Positions 48,408 through 58,859 of a DNA stretch of 64,000 nt are shown here, in pieces. The notes beneath the pieces were generated by a model that ran no database searches, had not been told where the DNA came from, and saw only the letters and a list, made by a program, of their open reading frames with translations. Location of the stretch: contig CAVSPA010000005.1 of assembly GCA_963729715.1 (NCBI GenBank), positions 160,001-224,000 of the forward strand, given 5' to 3'. Numbering within the stretch: position 1 is the first letter of the stretch; every line of letters starts with the position of its first letter. Made by a program: the position numbers and the translations under genes. Source of the stretch: an uncultured delta proteobacterium. GTDB taxonomy: Bacteria > Desulfobacterota > Syntrophia > Syntrophales > UBA2185.

Positions 48408-48572
48408 CTTTTAGATATATTCCGCCCATCCTGCAAGAACATCCTTCCGCAGGAAGAAAGATTCTTTAGTTCATTCCTAAAAGTAATTTTTTCTTACGCG
48501 CGGCGAGGTATGGGCAGGGCATCTGGATTCTGGGGCGAGTCTCTCGCCCTTGTCGATGCGAAAGAGTAAGAA

Positions 48573-49178
48573 ATGAAATCTCTCGATAACAGAATCGACA
48601 AGGTTATACAACTTCCGGAGCCTGCACGTGACGGAGGAATATCAGTACAAGCAGCACTGGCAAGGCGTGAGTCGGTGCGTCATTTTACATCCACACCTCT
48701 CGCGCTTTCTCAAATTTCTCAGATTTTATGGGCAGCACAAGGAATCACCCGCGATTGGGGAGGCAGGACTGCCCCTTCTGCGGGGGCGCTGTATCCTCTG
48801 GAATTATATTTGGCTTTACGGGACGGCTTCTTTCACTATAGCCCCCGCACCCATCAATTAGAGCATGTTTCCGACCACGATTTTATTGACGCTCTGGCAT
48901 CAGTTGCCCTTGGCCAGCAGTGCATAAGGGAATCATCTGCCGTCGTCGTGATTGCAGCTGTCTACGAGAGAATGGAACAAAAATATGGAAGACGAGGAGA
49001 GCGCTACGCAAAAGTTGAGGCAGGACATGCGGCGCAAAATATCCTCCTTCAGGCAGTGTCACAGGGGATTGGGGCTGTGCCCGTCGGCGCATTTCATGAT
49101 GACGATGTTAGAAGGTTCCTGAGCCTCCCTGCGGATCATGAACCTCTGTACCTGATCCCTCTGGGATACATAAAATAA
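48573..49178 (+). CDS. SagB/ThcOx-family nitroreductase-like protein
   Basis: RRESVR, LWAAQG, RTAPSAGALYP, EAGHAAQN. Confidence 0.9.
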   Translation: MKSLDNRIDKVIQLPEPARDGGISVQAALARRESVRHFTSTPLALSQISQILWAAQGITRDWGGRTAPSAGALYPLELYLALRDGFFHYSPRTHQLEHVSDHDFIDALASVALGQQCIRESSAVVVIAAVYERMEQKYGRRGERYAKVEAGHAAQNILLQAVSQGIGAVPVGAFHDDDVRRFLSLPADHEPLYLIPLGYIK

Positions 49179-49222
49179 AGAGAATATCCCGAGGAAGGAA
49201 CGACTTTTACGGAGCGCAGAAA

Positions 49223-50497
49223 ATGCCACTGAAAGTGGATGCGATAGGCAAGAAGATAGGCCCTCTCAGAAAAGATTATACCTGGAAAGATGTAATTCTA
49301 TATGCCTTGGGTATTGGGGCCGGTTTTCATGAGATTGACTACACGTACGAAAAAAGACTCAAGGTCATTCCCACCTTTTCCATTGCTATGATATTCGATT
49401 TCTTCCGGGAAGTGGCGACTGCCTCAGATATTAATATTGCCGGTGTCCTCCACGGCGGGCAGGATATTATTTTTCACAAACCTATCCCGCCTTCAGGAAC
49501 CATGACGACGGAAGGGATGATCACCAATTACTATGACAAAGGAATGAAAGGCGCACTGGTTGTGGCCAAAAGCGAGACATCTCATTCGGCCGGAGAAAAA
49601 CTTTTCACGAGCATCATTACGCTGTTTGGCAGACTCGATGGAGGTTTCGGAGGCAAGAATGCACCGCATGATGTCCTGGATTTCCCGGACAGAGAGCCGG
49701 ACTTCATTGTAGAGGCGCTCCCGTCGCCGGATCAGCCGCTCTTATACAGGCTCTCCGGTGACACATTCGGACTTCATGTAGATGCGCAATTCGCAAAGAT
49801 GGTAGGTTTCGAAAAACCGATTATGCACGGCCTCTGCACATACGGTTTCGCTTGTCGCGCCCTGATGGCAAGCCTCACGCCAGGCAAACCGGAAAATGTC
49901 CGTCGTCTTGCCTGCCGTTTTTTGCAAGCCCTCTATCCCGGTGAGCCCATCAAGACTTTGGTCTGGAAAACCAAAGAAGGCATGGCAGTCTGGCGGACGA
50001 TAAATGCCAGAACCGGAGATGTCGTAATCGACAGGGGCGTATTTGAATATGGTGAAATACCCTCGGCAGGAGAGGGGACGCGGGAACACGAGCATATGAC
50101 TCATCTAACGGGGGATAATGCCCCAACCTCCGGGACAAAGGAGGAAAGGCCGGCCATGGACGCCGAGACAGGAGGACTTTCAATGGTAAAAGCTATTTTT
50201 AAAAAAATGCCCAGTGTCTTCAATGCCGATGCAGCACAAGGTGTGGATGTTGTATTCCAGTTCAGCATATCGGGGGAGGGAGGAGGCGACTGGTATGCAG
50301 AGGTTAAAGGAGGGGCTTGCAAGGTGGAAGCCGGTGTACATACAAATCCCACCTCCACCATAAAGATGGATGCGGCAGATTTTGTCGACATGATAAACGG
50401 GAAATTGCCCGCTATGCAGGCCTTCACATCCGGCAAGCTCAAAATCGGTGGAGACATTATGAAGTCACAGCTCATTATGAGGCTGTTCAAGTTTTGA
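49223..50497 (+). CDS. MaoC-type (R)-specific enoyl-CoA hydratase 2 fused to an SCP2 domain
   Basis: ILYALG.G, LHGGQ, YRLSGD..GLH.D, PIMHGLCT.G; C-terminal QAF.SGKLKI.GD.M. Confidence 0.9.
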   Translation: MPLKVDAIGKKIGPLRKDYTWKDVILYALGIGAGFHEIDYTYEKRLKVIPTFSIAMIFDFFREVATASDINIAGVLHGGQDIIFHKPIPPSGTMTTEGMITNYYDKGMKGALVVAKSETSHSAGEKLFTSIITLFGRLDGGFGGKNAPHDVLDFPDREPDFIVEALPSPDQPLLYRLSGDTFGLHVDAQFAKMVGFEKPIMHGLCTYGFACRALMASLTPGKPENVRRLACRFLQALYPGEPIKTLVWKTKEGMAVWRTINARTGDVVIDRGVFEYGEIPSAGEGTREHEHMTHLTGDNAPTSGTKEERPAMDAETGGLSMVKAIFKKMPSVFNADAAQGVDVVFQFSISGEGGGDWYAEVKGGACKVEAGVHTNPTSTIKMDAADFVDMINGKLPAMQAFTSGKLKIGGDIMKSQLIMRLFKF

Positions 50498-50725
50498 GAG
50501 GATTAGCAGCAGTTTGCGGGGGATTAGTTCATTCCCCGGAAGGTTCAAGGCTGCCGATGATGCGCGAAAGAAATTAGAAATCGCCAATGCCTGAAGTGCC
50601 CCTGCGGGAGCAATTTTTTCTCTTGCGGTTGCCGAAAAATGCGAACATTGATATATGGTAGCCCGTCAAGGCCCGATCGGCTGATGGGTTACAACAAAAC
50701 ACTAAATCTCATGAGGTGAAAAAAG

Positions 50726-51907
50726 ATGCCTGGTCCGCTTTCCAACTTGAAAATTCTCGATTTTACGACCCTTCTCCCCGGTCCTTACGCTACAATGGCT
50801 CTGGCAGATATGGGAGCCGATATCTTGAAGGTTGTTTCCGGGTCAAGACCTGATGTAGTTGCCTACATACCACCCGTTGTTCCGGGCACAAAAATGTCCG
50901 CTGCCTTTGCCTACCTCGGACGGGGCAAACGCTGCATGACGCTCAATCTGAAGGACAGCCGGGCCACAAAAATCATACATCAGTTAATTGCGGACTACGA
51001 CATCCTGATTGAGCAGTTTCGTCCCGGGGTCATGGCAAAATTCTCTCTGGACTACCAGAGCCTGAAGAAAGTAAAACCCTCCCTCATCTATTGTTCGTTG
51101 ACCGGCTACGGCCAGACAGGCTCTCTTCGCGATAGAGCGGGTCACGACATAAACTATCTGTCCCGCTCAGGTCTCATGTCCTATTCAGGGAAAAAAGATA
51201 CGGGACCGAGTCTGACAGGCATGCAGATCGCCGATGTCGCCTCGGGTTCAAACAATGCAGTTATCGGAATTCTTGCCGCAGTCGTTCACCGCGATAGAAC
51301 TGGCGATGGCCAGCACATCGACATTTCGATGACGGACGGTATGATAGCATTCAATGCTATGTTCGGGGCCGGTTTCCTGGTCGACGGCCGGGACCTCGCA
51401 CGCGAAAATACACTTCTCAACGGCGGCTCTCTCTATGACTTCTATGAGACTAAGGATGGCCAATATATCAGTTTCGGCGGTCTCGAACCTCAATTCTTCG
51501 CTGCATTCTGTGAAACCATCAATATGCCGGATCTGATTCCCGGGGGCGTCCAACCGAAGGACGGCATAAACGTCAAAAAGCGCGTCAGGGAAATATTCAA
51601 GACGAAGACAAGGGACGAGTGGACGGAGCTGTTCAAAAAAGTTGACGCCTGTTGCGAACCCGTCCTTTCCCTCACGGAAGCCTTAAACGATCCTTATGCG
51701 ATAGAACGGGGCATGGTGGTCGAAGTCTATCTTCCTGACGGAAAAAAGGTAAGGCAACTCGCGAGTCCCATTAAATTCTCCGAAACAATCCCGGAATACG
51801 GAAATGCGGGCACACCTCCCGGCGTTCACACGAAGGAGGTTCTTCTTGCCCTGGGTTATAGAGAAGAAGAGATAGAAACCTTCGAAAAAGCAGGCCTATT
51901 CAATTGA
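50726..51907 (+). CDS. CaiB/BaiF family III CoA-transferase / acyl-CoA racemase-like protein
   Basis: LLPGP...LADMGA, RGKR, FRPGVM, GYGQ.G, GHDINY, QIAD. Confidence 0.93.
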   Translation: MPGPLSNLKILDFTTLLPGPYATMALADMGADILKVVSGSRPDVVAYIPPVVPGTKMSAAFAYLGRGKRCMTLNLKDSRATKIIHQLIADYDILIEQFRPGVMAKFSLDYQSLKKVKPSLIYCSLTGYGQTGSLRDRAGHDINYLSRSGLMSYSGKKDTGPSLTGMQIADVASGSNNAVIGILAAVVHRDRTGDGQHIDISMTDGMIAFNAMFGAGFLVDGRDLARENTLLNGGSLYDFYETKDGQYISFGGLEPQFFAAFCETINMPDLIPGGVQPKDGINVKKRVREIFKTKTRDEWTELFKKVDACCEPVLSLTEALNDPYAIERGMVVEVYLPDGKKVRQLASPIKFSETIPEYGNAGTPPGVHTKEVLLALGYREEEIETFEKAGLFN

Positions 51908-52130
51908 TATCTGTCATCTTCGTATAGTCATTATCTGAGCCTGCGGATGCATGTCTATTACACGATTATCTTTCGAGGAAAGCAGGTGTGATCCTGCTAT
52001 GCCTTGAAGATATCTCCTGCCGTTGGCATAATGATTAAATCTCTCCCAACTCTCTTTCAATTACCCTTGGAAAAATTGCCAAGACGCACGGAAAGCATGT
52101 CCCTGCCACATATTGTAATGGAATTCTATT

Positions 52131-52298
52131 GTTGTCCAGGCGAAGGCCAAGGTGACGGAGCGTGTGCCCAAAGGGACCATCTTTATGAACTTTCATTTCA
52201 AGGAAGTATCTGTTAACTCATTAACAAACCCTGCGCTCAACCCGGTCTGTAAAATTCCTGAACACAAGGTCTGTGCCGTTAAAGTAGAAACAGTGTAG
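52131..52298 (+). pseudogene. 3' remnant of a formate dehydrogenase alpha subunit (molybdopterin dinucleotide-binding domain)
   Basis: Manual translation QAKAKVTERVPKGTIFMNFHFKEVSVNSLTNPALNPVCKIPEHKVCAVKVETV*. Confidence 0.8.
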
Positions 52299-52394
52299 GT
52301 AGAAGAACAATATTTATTATCGCCCCGCCAGGCGGCGGGGCAACTTCAATATTACAGAAAAGCAAGATATTTCATAATGGAGGAGCAAGGTATT

Positions 52395-53633
52395 ATGAGT
52401 GATGAAAATCTGGAAGGTAAAAGATGGTTTATTGCAATTGCGGCGATCGTAATGCAACTGTGTCTTGGAACGGTCTATGCCTGGTCCGTCTTCAAGAAAC
52501 CACTCATGGCCTCACACGGCTGGGGTGAAACATCCGTTCAGGTGACGTTCATGATCTGTATCGGCATGATCGGTATTGCCGCTGCATTTGGGGGTACTCT
52601 TGTGGACAAGAAGGGGCCAAAATTTGTGGCCACCGTCGGCGGTGTCCTCTTCGGCACCGGAACGCTTCTTTCCGGTTTGGCCGACCAGATCGGAAGCATC
52701 TGGCTCCTCTATCTGGGCTTTGGCTTAATCGCCGGTCTCGGCAACGGCTTCGGTTACATAACTCCCATTGCCACACTGATCCGCTGGTTTCCGGATAAGC
52801 GTGGTCTAGTGACGGGGCTCGCAGTGATGGGATTCGGCGCCGGCGCCTTCTTCATGGGTAAGATTGCTCCTCCCATGGTCATTTCCATGGGTGTGACAAA
52901 CACCTTTTACATTTGGGGTGTCATCTTCCTGGTTCTGTGCACAGGAGCTGCCCAATTGTTCAAGAACCCACCCAAGGGCTGGCTGCCCGCAGGTTTCACG
53001 CCGAAGGCATCTGCTGTTTCTGCCGCCGATTCTTATACCTTTGGTGAAGCCATCAAAACCCCGCAGTGGTGGATGCTCTGGGGAATGCTCTTCCTCAATG
53101 TAACAGCAGGTATTGGTCTGATCTCGCAACTCTCGCCTCTGGCCCAGGACGTTATCAAGAAGGGCGATCCGATGATCACGGCGGCGGCGCTTGCCCTGGC
53201 GGGAGGATCGATCCTCGCCTATGCCTCCATCTTTAACGGTCTGGGAAGACTCTTCTGGGCGTGGACATCCGATGCCATTGGAAGACAGAATGTTTTCATA
53301 ACAATGTTTATCAGTCAGGCAATTCTGTATTTCATTCTGCCGCAGATCAGCAGTCAGCTTATTTTCACCATATTCGCATGTTATCTTTTGGCCTGTTACG
53401 GCGGCGGCTTCGCTACCATGCCGGCATTTGCCGCAGACTCCTTCGGGCCCGGGTACATCGGTAAGGTGTACGGTATCATGCTGACGGCGTGGGGCGCGGC
53501 CGGTATTGTCGGACCGCTGGTGTTTGCCGAAATCAAATCTATTGCAGTCTATGTGGCTGGCGGACTTCTGGCGGTCGGTTTTCTTCTTGCATTGAGCTAC
53601 AAGAGACCGGCACCGAAAGTCGCAAAGGCATAA
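52395..53633 (+). CDS. OFA family (oxalate/formate antiporter-like) MFS transporter
   Basis: G.VYAWSVF, WFPDKRGL.TG..V.GFG.G, FNGLGR.FW..SD.IGR, YGGGF. Confidence 0.92.
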   Translation: MSDENLEGKRWFIAIAAIVMQLCLGTVYAWSVFKKPLMASHGWGETSVQVTFMICIGMIGIAAAFGGTLVDKKGPKFVATVGGVLFGTGTLLSGLADQIGSIWLLYLGFGLIAGLGNGFGYITPIATLIRWFPDKRGLVTGLAVMGFGAGAFFMGKIAPPMVISMGVTNTFYIWGVIFLVLCTGAAQLFKNPPKGWLPAGFTPKASAVSAADSYTFGEAIKTPQWWMLWGMLFLNVTAGIGLISQLSPLAQDVIKKGDPMITAAALALAGGSILAYASIFNGLGRLFWAWTSDAIGRQNVFITMFISQAILYFILPQISSQLIFTIFACYLLACYGGGFATMPAFAADSFGPGYIGKVYGIMLTAWGAAGIVGPLVFAEIKSIAVYVAGGLLAVGFLLALSYKRPAPKVAKA

Positions 53634-53680
53634 CAATTTATCTCCTGAAATCAGAGGCGGATTTCCTTTCATCCAATCGG

Positions 53681-53845
53681 TCAACCACCTGTTGTTTGCG
53701 GGAAAGCCGTGTTCGAGTAAAGATACTCCATCTTTTCCTTGTGTTTCAACTCTTCGCCTGCCATTTTAGTCAAAAGATCTTTGACATCACCAGGAGGATA
53801 GGAGTCTGCTAGGCTCTTATAAAAATTATGCGAGTTAAGCTCTTT
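53681..53845 (-). pseudogene. 3' remnant of a rubrerythrin/ferritin-like protein
   Basis: Manual translation KELNSHNFYKSLADSYPPGDVKDLLTKMAGEELKHKEKMEYLYSNTAFPQTTGG* (EExxH motif); no start codon. Confidence 0.65.
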
Positions 53846-53871
53846 ATATTAAAGGATCAAAGATTGAGACA

Positions 53872-54981
53872 TCACTTCGTCATATTGCTGAAGACCGCCC
53901 GCACCCTTCGATTCTTCTGCCTGCCTTCCTTCGTTGCATTGCTCGCAACAGGCTTATCGGGACCGTAGCCCACGGCCTTTAGGCGGGAACTGTCAATACC
54001 AAACTTCTTGACAAGGTATTCTTTTATGCTGTCAGCACGTCGCAGGGATAGCTTAACATTAGCTGCTTCTCTACCGACATTGTCTGTATATCCTTCAATC
54101 ACGGCGGTCGCATTCGGATTTTCCTTCATGAAGTCGGCAACCTTCTTTATTTCATTATTGTATTTTCGCTTCACGATAGCCTTGCCCGTATCGAACTGAA
54201 CCATGAGCTCAATGGAAACTCCTTTAGCTGCCGGTGCTTCTCTCTGAACACCAGTTTCCTTCATGATCTTCCGCTTGCTGGTCAGGAATATTCTTTTCAC
54301 AAAATTGGTCATTTCGGCATCGCCTGCAAGGTTGTCGCCCTTTACAAAAAACCCGCATTCTCCGGCCTGTGCGATCTGCTCAAGGAGCTTAGCTCCGTTT
54401 TTGTCGTCGCCTATCAGGACAGTGTAGATACATAGATTACTGCCATATAGGCTTTTCACGCTCGCGGCGGCCTTCACGGGCGCATTATCCATATCTTCTC
54501 CGTCAGTGAATATTACGAGAGCGATTTTCCCCTGAACAGCTTTCAGGTCGCTGCCTGCCGCCATGATCGCAACATCGAGCGGGCTGTATCCGAACGGGGA
54601 GCTTAAATCTTTTATAACCGCGTCAAGTTTCTCTACATCGTACTTTACAATTCCATACGGTAATTTTGTGACATCAAAATCTGCATAGTTCTGGCCAAAT
54701 GTCCTCAACGCGGCGCTAAGACTGAGATCGGGAATAGTCCTGTTGAAGTTGCTGACCAAGTTTTTTTCAATGATCAATTTCTCGAGGAAGGTATACGGGT
54801 TTCCCATCGAACTGGACTTGTCGAAAATTATGTAGAAATTATTTGCGTTCTGAACATACTGCCCCGACTTCAGCTTCATGCTGAGGTCCTGACTGCCTGC
54901 AAGGACCGGCACCGCGAAAAGGACAAAAGCCAAAAGGGGAAAAACCATTAAACAAACTATTCTTATCCGCTTTTTTGCCAT
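53872..54981 (-). CDS. vWA plus OmpA-domain exported protein
   Basis: MIDAS DKSSSM, FTDG; OmpA EGYTDNVG...LS.RRA...GR.KNRRV. Confidence 0.9.
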   Translation of the reverse strand: MAKKRIRIVCLMVFPLLAFVLFAVPVLAGSQDLSMKLKSGQYVQNANNFYIIFDKSSSMGNPYTFLEKLIIEKNLVSNFNRTIPDLSLSAALRTFGQNYADFDVTKLPYGIVKYDVEKLDAVIKDLSSPFGYSPLDVAIMAAGSDLKAVQGKIALVIFTDGEDMDNAPVKAAASVKSLYGSNLCIYTVLIGDDKNGAKLLEQIAQAGECGFFVKGDNLAGDAEMTNFVKRIFLTSKRKIMKETGVQREAPAAKGVSIELMVQFDTGKAIVKRKYNNEIKKVADFMKENPNATAVIEGYTDNVGREAANVKLSLRRADSIKEYLVKKFGIDSSRLKAVGYGPDKPVASNATKEGRQKNRRVRAVFSNMTK

Positions 54982-55114
54982 CTGATAACCTCCTGCATTA
55001 CTATTGTTAATTAAAGCCAAGAATATTTGTTATTACTCCTGGTCGCTACTCTTGCCGAGAAAATGGTGCTGTCCAACCTGCACTCAGAAGAAAATGATCG
55101 AAGAACCAAATTCT

Positions 55115-55594
55115 CTATTTGCCGGAACGCACCGGAAGTGCCCGGAAGAAGGTGTCGTGTGACTGGTATCGCCAGTTCCGCCGGTGGCCGATGTTGAAAT
55201 TGAAGTAGGAGGCACCGGAACCGCGTGTTTCGGATGCCCACATCCATGTACATGTGAGATGAATTAGTTCCGTTAAATGGACGTTATACCCACAGTCAGA
55301 CTTATAAGTTTCAGCCAGATCATACAATTCCGCCAATTCATCCTGCGTCGGTAACCGCCAGTCCGTAAAATCGCCCCCACGATAATTCTTGCAATAGTTA
55401 TTGGCACCCTGCCAGTTGATATCCGCCCCATTGTCATTCGCCGCCCATGTCAGGCCGGTCTTGGTGTCCAACACAGTTCCGTCGCCTTTTGCAATAAACC
55501 GAGCGTCGTTATTATCTTGTGCCTGTAATTGTCCAGAAAAGACACAGACAAACAGAAAAGTGGCAAATGTGAGTCTTATGAGCAACGATCGCAT
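55115..55594 (-). CDS. DUF1566 (Lcl C-terminal-like) domain protein
   Basis: GDGTVLD.KTGL.W, W.GA..YC, DWRLPT..EL. Confidence 0.85.
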   Translation of the reverse strand: MRSLLIRLTFATFLFVCVFSGQLQAQDNNDARFIAKGDGTVLDTKTGLTWAANDNGADINWQGANNYCKNYRGGDFTDWRLPTQDELAELYDLAETYKSDCGYNVHLTELIHLTCTWMWASETRGSGASYFNFNIGHRRNWRYQSHDTFFRALPVRSGK

Positions 55595-55767
55595 TATATT
55601 TATTGAAAGCGAGATTTTTTCAATTCGTGTGTATTGCGCGAGAAGACGCAAATCTTTTTCATAATACAACTCCCCCTTTAAAAGTGCTTGGCTCACTTTT
55701 CGAAAATAGCCAATTAAATCCTTTTCCCCTAAAAGTGAGCCCTGGACAAGCCACTTTTACCGGCGTA

Positions 55768-56340
55768 TTATTTAGTGCCTGCCATCGTAATTACTACAAA
55801 ATGATCCCTGCGGTTTTTCGCCCAGGCCGCCTCATTATGCCCTGGATCCAGCGGTTTTTCCTTCCCATAACTGACTGTTTTGATCCTTTTCTTTCCTATG
55901 CCCAGGTCGACAAGATAATTCATCGCGGCATTTGCCCGTCTATTCCCAAGGGCTAGATTGTATTCGGCGGTGCCTCTTTCGTCGCAATTACCTTCGATTC
56001 TGACCTTGTATTTTCCATTCTTCTTCAGCCAGTCGGCTATCTTATTAAGCGATACCCGTTCGCCCGCTTTGAGATCGTATTTGTCAAAATCGAAATGTAC
56101 GTCTGAAAATTCCATTCCACCTTCGGCGACTGCTTCCTTCTTGGACTGCTGCTCCGTCGACTGCTGAGGTGTAGCCATTACAGCCTTCTTCGCCTGATCC
56201 GGCGATTCACCCGGCTTTGCCGCTTGTGCCTGAACCGTCGGCGGTTCGGCAGATGTCTGTTTGATGGCCGACTTTGAACACCCCCAAAGCACGAATCCCG
56301 CAATAGTAAAAACAATCAGCGCCACAAAAAACCTTTTCAT
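55768..56340 (-). CDS. pal: Peptidoglycan-associated lipoprotein
   Basis: Lipobox LWGC; FDFD, EGNCDERGT.EYNLALG.RRA, SYGKEKP, NRR. Confidence 0.95.
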   Translation of the reverse strand: MKRFFVALIVFTIAGFVLWGCSKSAIKQTSAEPPTVQAQAAKPGESPDQAKKAVMATPQQSTEQQSKKEAVAEGGMEFSDVHFDFDKYDLKAGERVSLNKIADWLKKNGKYKVRIEGNCDERGTAEYNLALGNRRANAAMNYLVDLGIGKKRIKTVSYGKEKPLDPGHNEAAWAKNRRDHFVVITMAGTK

Positions 56341-56396
56341 ATATGACCTCCTTGTAGTAAAGTTATTTCTGAAATAGTCTATTTAGAGGAAATTGT

Positions 56397-56460
56397 CAAT
56401 TGATTTTTGCTTAAATGATTGGTATATAAATTCATACACAAATGATTGGCATATAAATAT
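56397..56460. promoter_or_regulatory. Divergent promoter/operator cassette, copy 1 (with a tandem second operator)
   Basis: CAATTGATTTTTGCTTAAATGATTGGTATATAAAT plus AAATGATTGGCATATAAAT; TTGATT-N17-TATATA. Confidence 0.7.
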
Positions 56461-56477
56461 CTTTAATGAGGAGACTT

Positions 56478-56987
56478 ATGACAGCAAAATCGACATTAAT
56501 GTCAGATATTATGGATGACATCAGGCGAGTCTTCAAGGCCGTAAACGACCAATCGAAAAGGGCGGAACACGAAACCGGCATTACGGGCCCTCAGCTCTGG
56601 ACGATTAAAGTCATCACCGAGTCGTCCCCCACAAATCTTAAGGACCTTGCAAGCAGGATGTTTGTACACCCTGCCACGGTTGTCGGAATAATTGATCGGC
56701 TCGAAGCGAAGGGACTGGTGACAAGAACACGGTCAAAAGGCGATCGGCGCAATGTCGCGATCGATCTGACCAATTCCGCGCGGAGACTTGTTGCCGGATC
56801 CCCGGAGGTGGCTCAGGGGTTATTGCTAAAGGGGCTTAGGAGTTTATCTGCAAGTGAATTGGATAATTTGGCTGATTGCCTCAGAAAGCTGGTGAAAATC
56901 CTCCATGCGCAGAAACTTCCCCCTCAGCTTATGGTTTCCCCAGACGTCAATCTTCCGAGAAGAAGACGGAATAAGGATACAAACTAA
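56478..56987 (+). CDS. MarR-family transcriptional regulator
   Basis: TGPQLW, LA..M..HP.TV.GI.DRLE.KGLV.R.RS..DRR. Confidence 0.93.
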   Translation: MTAKSTLMSDIMDDIRRVFKAVNDQSKRAEHETGITGPQLWTIKVITESSPTNLKDLASRMFVHPATVVGIIDRLEAKGLVTRTRSKGDRRNVAIDLTNSARRLVAGSPEVAQGLLLKGLRSLSASELDNLADCLRKLVKILHAQKLPPQLMVSPDVNLPRRRRNKDTN

Positions 56988-57282
56988 ATACATGTTATAT
57001 CAAAAATGGGGCAAATCTCAGATTCTATTTGACAGTGGTTGTGAACGTTACATAGATAATGAAGTATCATATGGAGGAATCTAATTTATTACCAATATTG
57101 TCTCGCCAGATTTACTCCTGCACTCGCTGAAAGGCTTCTCTCATTAAGGAAGTGCGACCTTTAATTATTTTCAAGATCAATCTATCTCCAGATTCCCTAG
57201 AGATCAAAATATATCGTCGACTTTAATGGTTGTATAATTGAGCGTGGAGGTATGTCGGAAACGGTCTCAGTCTTTATCGTTC

Positions 57283-58725
57283 TCAATTCGTATCATTTGA
57301 GTTATTTCGGTTTCTTTTTTGATCTCTTCCTTTTTTCAGTTTTTCCGCAATCGTCATTACTGTTCCGATGAGGCTCTTTTCCCTGCGTTTAAACAGGGCC
57401 TTGACACTTACCACTTCTTTGCCGAGTTCAACTTCTACGGAAGCAGATTTTTTTAGGGCCAGGATCTGGGAAGGATAGACACTCCTGTGTCCTGTGATCA
57501 AAAAACTGATCACGCAAGAGATGGCGGCGTAGGGGGCGATGCTCGCCCCGAAAAGTTCAATGGCCAATATGCTTGCTGCAATGGGCGTGTTGGCCGCACC
57601 TGCCAGGACACTGACAAGGCCGATTGCAGAAAAAGTCGCCACATCCAACCCAAAAATTTGACCGAAGAGATTTCCAGAGCTCGATCCAACAAAAAATATG
57701 GGCGTTACGATACCTCCGCTTCCCCCGAAAGCGAGAGAAATGCTCGTGAAAAGGCTTTTGATGATAAATGAATACCAGTGAATGGATTCTCCATTTAGTG
57801 CAGATTGAATGGTCCCCAGACCGAGACCGAGATAGTCTTTTGAAAATGCAAAAGTCAACCCAACCAGGATGAAGCCGCCTATGATACCCTTCAGCGGGGC
57901 CCACACCTTGAATCTTTCCGCTGCTTTTTCCCCTGCCTTCAGGGCGCCGACGAGAAAAGCTGAACAAAAACCAAAGAAGATTCCGGCGATGACGACCTGC
58001 ACAAAAAATATCTCTTTCACAGCGGGCACGCAATTCAGTGCGTGATAGAAATAGGTTATTCCGAGACTTGATGAAATATAGTAACTCACAATCCCGGCAA
58101 CGAAGGACGGCAATAGGACATCATACAGCAGACTTCCCACAAAAAGAACTTCGACCCCGAATATGGCGCCGGCTATAGGTGTTCCGAAAACTGATGCAAA
58201 TCCCGCACTGATGCCGCAAATGACAAGTTTTTTTCGATCACTATCTGCAAATCTTAGCAAGTCGGCAACAATGGATGCAAGCCCCGCGCCGATTTGCGCA
58301 CAGGGTCCTTCCTTTCCTACAGAACCTCCCGAGGCTAGCGTGATGATTGTTGCAACAAGCTTAACAGGAACTACCGCTGCTTTTATTTTGCCGGACCGCT
58401 TGTGAATGGCCTCAATAACCTTTTCCGTACCGTGCCCTTTTGCGTCCGGAGCCAGGTATTTTGTAAGAACAACACTGATGAATAAGGCCAAGGGCATCAG
58501 GAGAAAATAGTATGTATACCGACTGCTGAAAGCAATACTCCAGTTCAGGATTTTCAGAAACACCATTGTGGACAGGCCGACAATGATTCCAATGCCCGTT
58601 GCAAGCACAACCCATTTGAGTACGCTGAGGAAAAGAATGGACTGCTCAACCAAACTCCCTTTCATTTGATTGAAGTGTTCTTTACGATTGGGTCTATTTT
58701 CCATCCGTTGAGGGGTATCAGGCAT
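57283..58725 (-). CDS. CLC-family chloride channel/antiporter (start may be 58665)
   Basis: GHGTE, GKEGP, GTPIAGAIFGVE, GGSGG.VTP. Confidence 0.92.
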   Translation of the reverse strand: MPDTPQRMENRPNRKEHFNQMKGSLVEQSILFLSVLKWVVLATGIGIIVGLSTMVFLKILNWSIAFSSRYTYYFLLMPLALFISVVLTKYLAPDAKGHGTEKVIEAIHKRSGKIKAAVVPVKLVATIITLASGGSVGKEGPCAQIGAGLASIVADLLRFADSDRKKLVICGISAGFASVFGTPIAGAIFGVEVLFVGSLLYDVLLPSFVAGIVSYYISSSLGITYFYHALNCVPAVKEIFFVQVVIAGIFFGFCSAFLVGALKAGEKAAERFKVWAPLKGIIGGFILVGLTFAFSKDYLGLGLGTIQSALNGESIHWYSFIIKSLFTSISLAFGGSGGIVTPIFFVGSSSGNLFGQIFGLDVATFSAIGLVSVLAGAANTPIAASILAIELFGASIAPYAAISCVISFLITGHRSVYPSQILALKKSASVEVELGKEVVSVKALFKRREKSLIGTVMTIAEKLKKGRDQKRNRNNSNDTN

Positions 58726-58758
58726 ATATTTTTAGAATAAACATATTCCTGGACTTGT

Positions 58759-58794
58759 CAATTGATTCTTGCACAAATGATTGTCGTATAAATT
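58759..58794. promoter_or_regulatory. Promoter/operator cassette, copy 2
   Basis: CAATTGATTCTTGCACAAATGATTGTCGTATAAAT. Confidence 0.65.
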
Positions 58795-58859
58795 TCATAA
58801 AGAGGGAATTTCACACAGAGGATTTCTGATAAAATGAATAGATTTTAATAAAATCCGTC

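Noticed and set aside
48573..49178. RiPP (azole) biosynthetic cluster
   Set aside because: Lone SagB-like gene with no YcaO, precursor peptide or transporter nearby.
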